From Candidatus Latescibacterota bacterium (GTDB lineage Bacteria; Latescibacterota; UBA2968; UBA8231), in assembly GCA_965243025.1 (NCBI GenBank), contig CBDETY010000003.1:1184001-1248000 (forward strand): a DNA stretch of 64,000 bases, in the 5' to 3' direction. The notes under the pieces are model-generated. The model had not been told where the DNA came from and did no database searches. It was given only the letters and a program-made list of their open reading frames with translations. The translations under genes and the position numbers were made by a program. The stretch's first letter is position 1. Every line of letters begins with the position of its first letter. This document shows, piece after piece, positions 47,165-56,273 of this stretch.

Positions 47165-48769
47165 GTGAAAGTGACAGAGCGAAGAAGAAGGTTCGGGACG
47201 GTTGCCGGCCCCCATCCCAGGACCGCCCGCGCCGGAATGGCCATGCTTCGGGCCGGGGGAAACGCCGTCGACGCCGCGGTGGCGGCAGCCTTCACCGAGG
47301 GGGTGGTCGAGCCGCTGCACAACGGCATCGCCGGGTACGGCGGCTGCATGGTCCTTTACCTCGCCGAACGCCGGCGGGTCGTCGCCGTCGACTGCAACTC
47401 CACCGCCCCGGCAGCCGCCTCGGAGGGGATGTTCACCATCGAGAAAGCGCCGCCGCCCGCCGGGTACCGGGTTCCGGGAAGGGCCAACATTTTCGGTCCC
47501 CTCGCAGTCGGGGTTCCAGGTGTCGTGGCCGGGCTCTGCCTGGCCCTGCGCCGCTACGGCACCATGCCGCTTGCCCAGGTGGTGAAACCGGCGGTCAGCG
47601 CCGCCCGCTTCGGGTACGTTCCGGGGCGCCGGAACCGCCTCGGGCTGGTGGAGAACGCCGCGGTCTGGCGGCGCGATTTCCCGGAGACCGCGCGCCTCCT
47701 GCTCAAGGACGGGCGCCCTCCCCGCCGCGGGGAGCGGGTCACAAACCCCGAGCTGGCCCGCACCCTCGAGGAGCTGGCCGAAGGAGGCCCGTCGCTATTC
47801 TACGGCGGCCCCCTGGCGAAGAAGATCGCCTCCCGTGTCGAGGAGCTCGGCGGCTGCCTCACCGCCGGGGACATGCGCAGGTACCGGGCCCGGGTAGTCG
47901 AGCCGTACGCAGCGTCCTACCGGGACTGCCGGCTGTTCACCCCGCCCCTGGGGGCTGGAGGGCTGACGACGCTGCAGGTGCTGCGGCTGCTGGAGGCCTG
48001 CGAACCGGGGGAGATGACCGCAGCGGAACGGCTCCATCACCTCGCCGAGGCGATGAAGAGCTGCTGGCCGGAACGACTCCGGCGCTACGGGGACCCGGAA
48101 TTCGTCGATATCGAGGCCGGGGCCGAGCTCTCCGACGAGCTGGTCGGCCGCCTCAAGCGCCGCATGAAGCGGGGTCTCCGGTCCCCGGGACCGGGGCGTC
48201 TCGTTGCCCCGGAGCCGATAAGCTGCACCAGCCACATCTCGGCCGCCGACGTCGCCGGCAATCTCGTGAGCCTTACCCAGACCCACGGCGGACCGTTCGG
48301 TTCGATGGTCGCCGTTCCCGGGACCGGACTGCTGCTGGGGCACGGGGTCGCCCGTTTCGACCCCCGGCCCGGACTGCCGAACTCGATCGCGCCCGGCAAA
48401 CAGCCGCTGCACAACATGGCCCCGTTCCTGGCCCTGCGGGACGGGCGCCCCTTCGCCGCATTCGGTCTGCCGGGAGGGCGCACCATCCCCAACAACCAGG
48501 TGACCCTTGCGGTCGGGCTGATCGACCGCGGGCTCGACCCGCGGCAGGCGCTCGACGCGGCGCGCCTGCACACCGAGGGGGCGGAGCCGCTGGAGGTCGA
48601 GCGCAGGGCGGGGAAGCGGGTGCTCGAAGGCCTGCGCAAGCTCGGGCACCGCGTTGAACCCGTGACCGGAATCGGCGGCCCCGGCCACGTGGTGACGGTT
48701 GCCGGCGATCCGGCCCTTCAGGCTGGAGCCACCGACCCCCGGTTCGACGGGCTGGCGGTCTCGGCCTGA
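47165..48769 (+). CDS. ggt: Gamma-glutamyltransferase-family Ntn hydrolase
   Basis: GGNAVDAAVAAA, GVPGVVAG, CTSHIS (nucleophilic Thr), PGKQPLHNM, GLPGG and DPR motifs. Forms the C-terminal part of the 1347-aa track ORF. Confidence 0.9.
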   Translation: MKVTERRRRFGTVAGPHPRTARAGMAMLRAGGNAVDAAVAAAFTEGVVEPLHNGIAGYGGCMVLYLAERRRVVAVDCNSTAPAAASEGMFTIEKAPPPAGYRVPGRANIFGPLAVGVPGVVAGLCLALRRYGTMPLAQVVKPAVSAARFGYVPGRRNRLGLVENAAVWRRDFPETARLLLKDGRPPRRGERVTNPELARTLEELAEGGPSLFYGGPLAKKIASRVEELGGCLTAGDMRRYRARVVEPYAASYRDCRLFTPPLGAGGLTTLQVLRLLEACEPGEMTAAERLHHLAEAMKSCWPERLRRYGDPEFVDIEAGAELSDELVGRLKRRMKRGLRSPGPGRLVAPEPISCTSHISAADVAGNLVSLTQTHGGPFGSMVAVPGTGLLLGHGVARFDPRPGLPNSIAPGKQPLHNMAPFLALRDGRPFAAFGLPGGRTIPNNQVTLAVGLIDRGLDPRQALDAARLHTEGAEPLEVERRAGKRVLEGLRKLGHRVEPVTGIGGPGHVVTVAGDPALQAGATDPRFDGLAVSA

Positions 48770-49014
48770 GTGGCACCGGGTGGGCCGGGCAGAGAAACTC
48801 TTCGGTGCCCTGGCGTCCCGGGAATCCCTTGCCCTTCCCGGCGTCGGTCCATCCCGTCTCGCGGCGTTGCCTTCACTCGAGGAACACCCCGGGTACGACT
48901 CGCTCAGGCGCCTTGCGAGAGCCGGGCGCCCCGGCGCCCGGGATTTCTTCAAGTTGTCCGCGGGACGCGACACCAGCGAGTGCAGTCGCGTGGAGGGAGC
49001 GGTAAACGGACGGG

Positions 49015-50652
49015 TCAGTAAACGACGGCGTACCCGTCCCGGCGGGGGTCGGATCCGGCGGCGAGGGCACCGGTTTCGTGGTCGATGCGGATGAACTGGG
49101 CATTTCCGGGGCCCTCCCAGTCCCCCAGGATCTCCAGCCGGTGGCCGCGCTTCTCCAGGCCTTCCCGGGTCGAGGCGGCAAAGCGGTTCTCCAGCTGCAG
49201 CAAGTCCTCGCAGGTGTGCGGCACCGTCGACTCCATGGGGTTCTGCAGGCTGCGCCAGCGCGGCGCCTCGACCGCCTCCTGGGGGGTCATGCCGAAGTGG
49301 ATGGCGTGGGTCAGCAGCTGCAGGTTGGTCTGCACCTGGGTGTCGGCCCCGGGCGTGCCGCAGACGATGGCCGCTTCGCCCTTCCGGGCGGCGATGACGG
49401 GGTTCATTGTGTGCCGCACCCGCTTGCCCGGCGCCAGGCAGTTGGCGTGCCCTTCCTCGAGGTGCCAGTAGGTCATGCGGTTGTTGAGCAGCACCCCCGT
49501 GTTCCCCGCTACCAGGCTGGAGCCGAAGCCCGACTGCAGGCTCTGCAGCACGCAGACGGCGTTGCCGGCCCCGTCGGCGACGCAGAAACAGGTGGTGTCC
49601 TCCCCCCGTTCCGGCGAGCCGGGCCCGACATCGGGGTTGACGCGCTCCAGGTCGATCCGGCGGGCGCGCTCGCGGGCGTACTGCTTGTCGAGAAGGCCGG
49701 CCAGCGGCACGTCGACCCAGTCCGGGTCGGCCATGAACTCCTCGCGGTCGGCGAAGGCGAGCCGCTTGGCCTCTACCATGACGTGGACGCTTTCCGGCGT
49801 CAGGCAGCCCATCCCCGCCAGGTCGAACTGCTCGACGAGGTTGAGCTCCTGCAGCAGCACGTGGCCGCTGGAGTTCGGCGGCATTTCCCAGACGCGGTAC
49901 CCGTGGTAGTCGACGTGGATCGGCTCCTCCCAGCGCGCCTGGAACGCCCCCAGGTCGGCGGCCGTGATCAGGCCGTCCTGCTCGCTGCTGAAGGAGGCGA
50001 TCTCCTGCGCCACGGACCCTTCGTAGAAAGCGGAGCGGCCCTCGCCGGCGATGCGGCGCAGGGTGGTCCCGAGGTCTTTCTGGACGAGAAGCTCCCCGGC
50101 CTCCAGCGGCCTTCCCCGGGGCTCGAAGAGCGCCCGGGTGATCGGGTCGGCGGAAAACAGTTCGTGCTCTCCGGCGAGCATGGCGGCGAGCTTCTCACCG
50201 ACCGGGAACCCGCGCTCGCACAAGTCGATCGCCGGGGCGAGAACCTCGGCGAGACTGAGCCTTCCGAAACGCTCGTGCGCCTTGAGCCAGCCGTCGACCA
50301 GGCCGGGAACCGAAACGCTGAGGATCCCCTTCATCGGTATGCCGCCGCGCTCGAGGTAGAGCTCGCGGGTGGCGCCCCCCGGTGCCGGACCGGTGGCGTT
50401 GAGGCCGTACGCCTGCCGCGTGGCGGCGTCGTGGATCAGGATGAACCCGTCTCCTCCCACCCCGGACATCGGCAGCTCCACCACCCCGAGTGCCGCCGCC
50501 GTGGCGATCGCCGCGTCTACGGCGCTGCCCCCTGCCTGCATCGTGCGGATGCCGGCCTGCGAGGCGAGAGGGTCCCCCGAGGCGACGGCGCCGTTGCGGC
50601 CGCGCACCGAGGGGCGGTACGAATGATGGGTTGCCCCGTGAGGAGAGGACAC
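49015..50652 (-). CDS. ggt: Gamma-glutamyltransferase-family Ntn hydrolase
   Basis: GGSAVDAAIA, GGDGF, DTTCFCV (nucleophilic Thr), PGKRVRHT, GTPGAD and SDPRRDG motifs. Confidence 0.9.
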   Translation of the reverse strand: MSSPHGATHHSYRPSVRGRNGAVASGDPLASQAGIRTMQAGGSAVDAAIATAAALGVVELPMSGVGGDGFILIHDAATRQAYGLNATGPAPGGATRELYLERGGIPMKGILSVSVPGLVDGWLKAHERFGRLSLAEVLAPAIDLCERGFPVGEKLAAMLAGEHELFSADPITRALFEPRGRPLEAGELLVQKDLGTTLRRIAGEGRSAFYEGSVAQEIASFSSEQDGLITAADLGAFQARWEEPIHVDYHGYRVWEMPPNSSGHVLLQELNLVEQFDLAGMGCLTPESVHVMVEAKRLAFADREEFMADPDWVDVPLAGLLDKQYARERARRIDLERVNPDVGPGSPERGEDTTCFCVADGAGNAVCVLQSLQSGFGSSLVAGNTGVLLNNRMTYWHLEEGHANCLAPGKRVRHTMNPVIAARKGEAAIVCGTPGADTQVQTNLQLLTHAIHFGMTPQEAVEAPRWRSLQNPMESTVPHTCEDLLQLENRFAASTREGLEKRGHRLEILGDWEGPGNAQFIRIDHETGALAAGSDPRRDGYAVVY

Positions 50653-50668
50653 CGGCCTGCCGGGGAGC

Positions 50669-51700
50669 TCAGCCGCAGGCGGCGAGGAGCGGCTGCATGA
50701 CGACGCGGTCGAAGTTGTCGCCCATCACCTCGATGCCGTCGCCGTTCGGGTGGCACTCGTCCTCGGCGTACCTGGCAATCAGATCGAGGCCGAAGACATC
50801 GAGGCCGTCGAAACAGTAGAGGTTGCCGTCCCCCATCGCCGCGAGCCTGTCCCCGGCGTCGGCTATCGCCTCCCTCATGTCGGAGATCGAGTACCCGACC
50901 GCGTTGGGACGGGTCTCGTGCGGGGGATAGCCGATCGGCGAAACCAGGCCGATCGGGATGTCGGGGTGACCTGCGCGAATGATGCCGACCAGGCCGATCA
51001 CCGCGGCCGGGAAAGTGCGGGCGTTGAACGAGCCGCCCGGCATGCAGTTGATCCCCAGCTTCAGGGTGATCAGGTCCGCGGGCTGTCCGGCGATGGCCAT
51101 GCCGACCTGGGGGTCGAGGTGGCACTGGCCGGCGAACCCGAGACTTGCCAGGTGCAGGCCGTTCCGCCTGGCGACGATGGCCGGCCAGATGCGCGCCGGG
51201 CTGTGGGCGCGGGTGCAGTGGGTCAGCGAGCTGCCGTAGGTGATCCACCTTCGGCGTCCGTCGGCCGCGGCAGAGCAGGGTGCTCCGTCGTCGCTGGCGA
51301 GGCCGCGGAGGCTGACCGGGATCTCCTGGGGCAGCCAGACCTCGACGACCTTGTCCACTTCCGGCAGCCCGGACAGCAGAACCTCCCCGGCGCCGGGCAG
51401 GGCCCTGGCGGTGGCTACCAGCTCCCCGTCGACGGTGGCGTCGAAGCAGAAATGTCCGCGCCCGGCCGCGGGAGGGCCTTCGCCCAGGGGCAGGAAGCGG
51501 AGCCCGAGGGCGGTCGAGGCGGTGGCGAAGCGCAGGCGCACGCCGCTGGCGTTTTCCGCCCTGGCCATCAGGGCGTCGTCGGGTGAGGGAAAGAGCGCCC
51601 TGCGGTCGTGGGGGAGCCGCCAGGGCTTGATCCAGCCGTTCCCGCGTTCGAGCGACAGGTGGCCCTGGAAGAACTCAGGTTGCAGCGGATTGTCCCGCAT
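50669..51700 (-). CDS. SGNH/GDSL hydrolase family protein
   Basis: YGSSLTH, LGFAG, LGIN and DECHPN motifs. Start MRDNPLQ. Confidence 0.85.
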   Translation of the reverse strand: MRDNPLQPEFFQGHLSLERGNGWIKPWRLPHDRRALFPSPDDALMARAENASGVRLRFATASTALGLRFLPLGEGPPAAGRGHFCFDATVDGELVATARALPGAGEVLLSGLPEVDKVVEVWLPQEIPVSLRGLASDDGAPCSAAADGRRRWITYGSSLTHCTRAHSPARIWPAIVARRNGLHLASLGFAGQCHLDPQVGMAIAGQPADLITLKLGINCMPGGSFNARTFPAAVIGLVGIIRAGHPDIPIGLVSPIGYPPHETRPNAVGYSISDMREAIADAGDRLAAMGDGNLYCFDGLDVFGLDLIARYAEDECHPNGDGIEVMGDNFDRVVMQPLLAACG

Positions 51701-51711
51701 CGATCGGCGTT

Positions 51712-52551
51712 TCACCCCTGCAGCCCGAGCAGCCGAGCCATGTTGTCCCCGAGGATCAGGTCCATGTCCCGGTCGCGAATGAAGGAGCAGTGGGTGCGCA
51801 CCGCCTCCAGGGACTGCCGGTAGGTCATGAAGGGCAGCACCACCGGGTAGTCCGAGGCCCAGCACAGCCGCTCCGGTCCGAAGTGGGCGTAAAGGGTGCG
51901 CACGATGGAAATGGCGTCGGGGTAGGGGTAGTCCCACCCGACCTGGGAGACGTAGTGGAACCCGGACAGCTTGAGGTAGATGTTGGGCACCTCGGCCGAC
52001 TCGAGCAGCTCGAGCATCGAGGGGTACGGAGGCCCTTCGGCGGCGCGGCAGCCGGCCATGTGGTGGCAGAGGAAGACGAGGCCGGGAAAACGCCGCGCCA
52101 CCCTGCGCAGCGGTTCCTGCCAGGCGGTGCCGAGGGCGAAGCTGACGATCAGCTCGAGCTCGGCGGCCTTTTCGAGAAACGCCGTTCCCTCCGCGGTTTC
52201 GAAGTAGCCGTAGTCGTCCTTGAGGTACTGGGTGAACCCCTTGAGGCGGTACTTCTCCGCGGCTTCGGCGAGACGCGCCGCGGCTCCCGGCTGGTGGTAG
52301 GTCGGCCACCAGGAGCAGTCGACGTCGGCGAAGTTGACGAAGCGGTCCGGGTGGTCGAGGGCGCACTCGAGGCCGTACTCGTTGTTTTCGGGGTTGTGGT
52401 CGATGCGGGCGTTGACGAGCACCGCCCTGTCGACGCCGACCCGGTCCATTTCCCACAGCAGCTGCCCGGCGCGGCCCCGGCTCTCGGGGTCGGGCACTTC
52501 GGGCTGGTAGGGCCAGTACGTCCAGGCGTGGGTGTGGCAGTCGATGATCAT
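51712..52551 (-). CDS. Amidohydrolase-2 family protein
   Basis: IDCHTH, CHHMAG, YLKLSG and CWASDYP motifs. Confidence 0.9.
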   Translation of the reverse strand: MIIDCHTHAWTYWPYQPEVPDPESRGRAGQLLWEMDRVGVDRAVLVNARIDHNPENNEYGLECALDHPDRFVNFADVDCSWWPTYHQPGAAARLAEAAEKYRLKGFTQYLKDDYGYFETAEGTAFLEKAAELELIVSFALGTAWQEPLRRVARRFPGLVFLCHHMAGCRAAEGPPYPSMLELLESAEVPNIYLKLSGFHYVSQVGWDYPYPDAISIVRTLYAHFGPERLCWASDYPVVLPFMTYRQSLEAVRTHCSFIRDRDMDLILGDNMARLLGLQG

Positions 52552-52727
52552 GCTTCCCTTTCCGCAGGTCCGGGCACCCGGCGCGGGAGCCGGGGAACTC
52601 CGCGGTCAGCGCCTTGAGTTGCAATCAATCTGGTTTCGCCGCGGTGTCGCGCGGGGGTACGGTTCGCAGGCAGGGTGGAAACGGCTGCCGGCCCCCGTCT
52701 CCTGATGGCGACTCCTGCTGCGGGGCG

Positions 52728-52738
52728 CCTATTATAGG
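52728..52738. promoter_or_regulatory. Symmetric -10-like element between divergent genes
   Basis: CCTAT-T-ATAGG reads TATAAT on the minus strand and TATTAT on the plus strand. Confidence 0.45.
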
Positions 52739-52785
52739 GCGGCCCCTCCGTCCCCGACAGAACCCGAGACAGGACCGGTGAGCTC

Positions 52786-53913
52786 ATGCGCATCGTCGAC
52801 AGCGGTATCCTCCACGTCAACCCGGAGCCCGCCTACCGGCACGTCTCCATCTTCTACCCAAACGTCGTGCAGCTTTCGGAGAGCGAGCTTCTGTGCGTGT
52901 ACCAGCACGGCGACGGACTGTACGCGCCGAACAACACCCTCGGGGTGCTCCGTTCGCTCGACGGAGGCCGCACCTGGGAAGACGAGGGTGACCTGCACGA
53001 CCGCTCCCGGGACGACCGTCCCTGTTCCTACATGGCCAGCTTCCTGTCGCGGATGGGCGACGGAACCCTGGCGGTGTCCCCGTTCCGCATCGACCGCAGC
53101 GACCCGGGAGTTCGTCTCTTCGACGACAATGCCGGACTGATCGACAACGATCCCATCCTGTTCACCTCATCCGACGGGGGCCGCACCTGGTCGGATCCGC
53201 AGGTCCAGGAGTTGCCAGGCGGCATGAACCTCACTGCGGCGCAGGGGCTGGTCGAGCTCGACGACGGCCGCTGGCTGGCGACCTTCGACCAGTGGCCTGC
53301 GTTCGGCGGTTCCGGGGCCTACGAGCCGCGCATGTGGTCCTGCACCTCCGCGGACCGCGGCCGCACCTGGAGCGGCATGACGGTCATGGCCGACGGCGCC
53401 GGGGAAGGCAAGGGGTACTGGCACGGCCGCGCCCTCAGGCTGTCGGACGGCCGCATCTTCTCGCTGCTGTGGGCGGCGGACATGACCCGGCCGCAAAAGG
53501 GGCCGGTCAACCTGAAGAACCACTTCACGGTCTCCGATCCGGCGGCCAGCGCCTGGGAGAAACCGGCGGAGACCAACCTTCCTGGGCAGACCAGCTGCAC
53601 GGCGCAGCTTGCCGACGGCCGCCTCGCCGCGGTCTACACCTGCCGCGAGGCCGGCAGTCCCGGTTTCTTCGTGGCCCTGTCAGAAGATCTCGGCCCCACC
53701 TGGGACCTCGGGAGCCAGGTGCAGGTGTGGGACGCCAGCGGCTGGACGGCCATCGGTTACGACAGCGCCGAGAAGTACCCGCACAGCCACGACACCATCG
53801 CCTATGGAGCTCCTTCTCTGATCGTGCTGACGGGCGGGGAGCTGCTGGCGACCTGGTGGTGCACCGGGGCCAGCCTGGTGCACGCCCGCTGGGCGAAGCT
53901 CGCGGTCGATTGA
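52786..53913 (+). CDS. BNR/Asp-box sialidase-like beta-propeller protein
   Basis: Asp-boxes SLDGGRTW, SSDGGRTW, SADRGRTW and SEDLGPTW. No signal peptide. Confidence 0.85.
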   Translation: MRIVDSGILHVNPEPAYRHVSIFYPNVVQLSESELLCVYQHGDGLYAPNNTLGVLRSLDGGRTWEDEGDLHDRSRDDRPCSYMASFLSRMGDGTLAVSPFRIDRSDPGVRLFDDNAGLIDNDPILFTSSDGGRTWSDPQVQELPGGMNLTAAQGLVELDDGRWLATFDQWPAFGGSGAYEPRMWSCTSADRGRTWSGMTVMADGAGEGKGYWHGRALRLSDGRIFSLLWAADMTRPQKGPVNLKNHFTVSDPAASAWEKPAETNLPGQTSCTAQLADGRLAAVYTCREAGSPGFFVALSEDLGPTWDLGSQVQVWDASGWTAIGYDSAEKYPHSHDTIAYGAPSLIVLTGGELLATWWCTGASLVHARWAKLAVD

Positions 53914-53994
53914 CCCCCCGGAGCAGGTCCGGGCTGTTCGATGCCGGGAGGGGAAACACGGGGAGTGGACCGGCGGTCCGGCTTTGCCGGGCGG

Positions 53995-55098
53995 TCAGGG
54001 TCTCCAGATCGTCGCCGCGGAGTGGGTGACGTTGTCGGCGGGCGTGATGTAGTAGGCGGTCAGAACCTCGCTCTCGGCGAGCTGGATCGAAAAGGGGTAG
54101 CCGACGTCTCCGGCGCCGGTTCCCTCGCCGCGATGGGGGGAATGGCCGCCCCCGTCATCCCGCAGGACTACGGGGTTGTCGGTATCCCAGGTCTCGCCGT
54201 CGTCCTCGCTCAGCAGGGCGCGCACCCCCATCGGGTGCCGCCGGTACCCATGGGTGCAGAGGACGCGCCCGTCCTTGAGCTTCATCAGGTGGGCGGGATG
54301 GCCCCAGATCCCGGTCCTTGCCGGTTCGCTCCAGGTCACGCCTCCGTCCTCGGACCACAACTGCAGGAGACGGTGGTCATGCGGATCGGACTCCCCTCGC
54401 ACGAGAGCGGTCAGCCTGCCCGGACCGGTTTCGCAGATCGCCGCTTCGCTGGCGGGAACCCCGGCGGCGTGCGCGCACAGGTCGTGCAGGCGCCAGGTAC
54501 GTCCGCGGTCGGCCGAACGCAGGGCGTAGGGCCGCTGCAGGCCCTCCTGGTCGACGCCGTAGACGCCGACGACGATGGTTCCGTCCGCCATCAGGGTGCC
54601 GCGGTTGAAACACCACATCCCCCGGACGCCGGCCACCTCCCACTCGCGCCGCTCCCAGGTCCGCCCCCCGTCCGGGGAACGCTGGCAGCACAGGAGCGGC
54701 GATTGCACCGCGATCCATTCCGGCCGCTCCGGGATCTCGCGGATCCAGCGCCCCAGTGAGCGGGCCTCTTCCAGCCGGCTTGCCTCCCAGGCTTCGAAGC
54801 CGCGGGCGCCGACGGCGACGAAGGTCCCGTCGGGCAGGATGACGGCGAAGCGGTCCATGCGCTCGTCCGCGGTCGCCGCGGGCCAGTTTGCCGGGTGGGC
54901 GGGATCGCCGCTCGCCTCCCAGCTGCGCCCTTCGTCTCGCGAGGCGAAGGCGAGAAACCTCCCGAAAACAGACGCCCCGGGATGGCTGCCGACAGGGGAG
55001 GTGACGACGCCGGCCCCGATGCCGCCGTCGGGCAGCCGCCAGAGAACCGGCCACGGGGAGTAGGCATTCTCGTCCCGGTAGAGCACGGCGTGCTGCAT
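53995..55098 (-). CDS. BNR/Asp-box sialidase-like beta-propeller protein
   Basis: Asp-boxes SRDEGRSW, SPDGGRTW, SADRGRTW, SEDGGVTW and SEDDGETW, plus DVGYP near the C-terminus. Confidence 0.85.
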   Translation of the reverse strand: MQHAVLYRDENAYSPWPVLWRLPDGGIGAGVVTSPVGSHPGASVFGRFLAFASRDEGRSWEASGDPAHPANWPAATADERMDRFAVILPDGTFVAVGARGFEAWEASRLEEARSLGRWIREIPERPEWIAVQSPLLCCQRSPDGGRTWERREWEVAGVRGMWCFNRGTLMADGTIVVGVYGVDQEGLQRPYALRSADRGRTWRLHDLCAHAAGVPASEAAICETGPGRLTALVRGESDPHDHRLLQLWSEDGGVTWSEPARTGIWGHPAHLMKLKDGRVLCTHGYRRHPMGVRALLSEDDGETWDTDNPVVLRDDGGGHSPHRGEGTGAGDVGYPFSIQLAESEVLTAYYITPADNVTHSAATIWRP

Positions 55099-55106
55099 GG
55101 TACGGC

Positions 55107-55895
55107 TCAGTTTCGGTCATCCCGGCGCCAGGCCTCGTACTCGGCGCGGCCTTCATCGTTGAGTGGGTAGTACTTGTAGAGCGACCCCCCCTCGGTCAGC
55201 TTCATGCGGCTGAAGCTCTCCCAGTCCTCGTGCTCCCTGGTGATTTCGGCGACCGCGGCCGCCATCTGCAGCGGCACCACCACGGCTCCGTCGTCGTCGG
55301 CGATGATTACGTCTCCCGGCATGACGAGGACGCTGGCGACCGCGACCGGAACGTTGCAGGCCCATGGAAACAGGTGAGTCTGCGAAGCGTAGTTCGGGGT
55401 GAAGCCGCGCAGCCACATCGGGAGGCCGATCTCGCGGATGCGCGGCCAGTCGCGGACGCAGCCGTCGGCGACCAGGCCGACACCTCCCTGCACCTTGAAA
55501 TAGGTCGTCAGCATCTCCCCCACGCAGCCGGTGTACATGTCTCCGTAGGCCTGGATGCAGAGCAGGTCTCCCGGCTGCACGTGGCGGAAGACCTGCCACA
55601 GGGCCGACGACTTTTCGACGTTTTCCTGGGCCGCGCCCGAAGCGACGTCTTCGCGCTGGGGCATGAACTGCAAGGTGAGGGCGGAGCCGACGACCTTGGC
55701 GCCCGGGGTGCGCGGCCTCGGTCCCTGAATGAAGGTCTGGCGAATTCCCATCTTGTGCAGCATGGCCGCGGCCGTGGCGCTGCTGACCTCCCGCATCTCC
55801 TCGAGAAGCTCCGGGGACGGGCGTTTGTAGGGTGCCCCCTGGATCGGGAGTTCCAGTCCCTCTGGCGGTCTCAGCTCGACATCGGGTGCATTCAT
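55107..55895 (-). CDS. RraA-like / HMG-aldolase family protein
   Basis: VVGSALTL, VGEML, VADGCVRD and VMPGDVIIADDDGAVVVP motifs. Confidence 0.9.
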   Translation of the reverse strand: MNAPDVELRPPEGLELPIQGAPYKRPSPELLEEMREVSSATAAAMLHKMGIRQTFIQGPRPRTPGAKVVGSALTLQFMPQREDVASGAAQENVEKSSALWQVFRHVQPGDLLCIQAYGDMYTGCVGEMLTTYFKVQGGVGLVADGCVRDWPRIREIGLPMWLRGFTPNYASQTHLFPWACNVPVAVASVLVMPGDVIIADDDGAVVVPLQMAAAVAEITREHEDWESFSRMKLTEGGSLYKYYPLNDEGRAEYEAWRRDDRN

Positions 55896-56273
55896 CTTCT
55901 TCTCCGTGGGCCGGTCAAGCCGGCGGGGTATCGGGTGAAGGGATTCCGGTTCGCAGCTGGTTCGCTAAGAAGACCTAAAAGTCCGGAAAGGGAAACAGCT
56001 CCGCTCCGGCATTCCCGGGATGCGCAGGGATGCTCGTCCGCTTTAATTAGCAAGGGTATCATCAAACCGCGGCACCGGGATTTCCGGGGGGCGCTGCAGA
56101 TCAGCCGGTATCCGGTGTCGGAAGCCAGCCTGCGGGCAGGCGCGCCAACGCGCCAGGAGATTCGGGTGATTCCGGGAAGGGCATTCATCGCGGCGGGCCG
56201 GCAGGCTGCTCATTCCATCTTCCACCATCCTGCCCGGGACGGAGGACAGCGAGTGGCTTATTTTATCCAGACA

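Noticed and set aside
55230-56273. N-terminal extension of the 1014-aa ORF
   Set aside because: It overlaps the antisense RraA-like gene and the intergenic region. The signal peptide begins at 56274.
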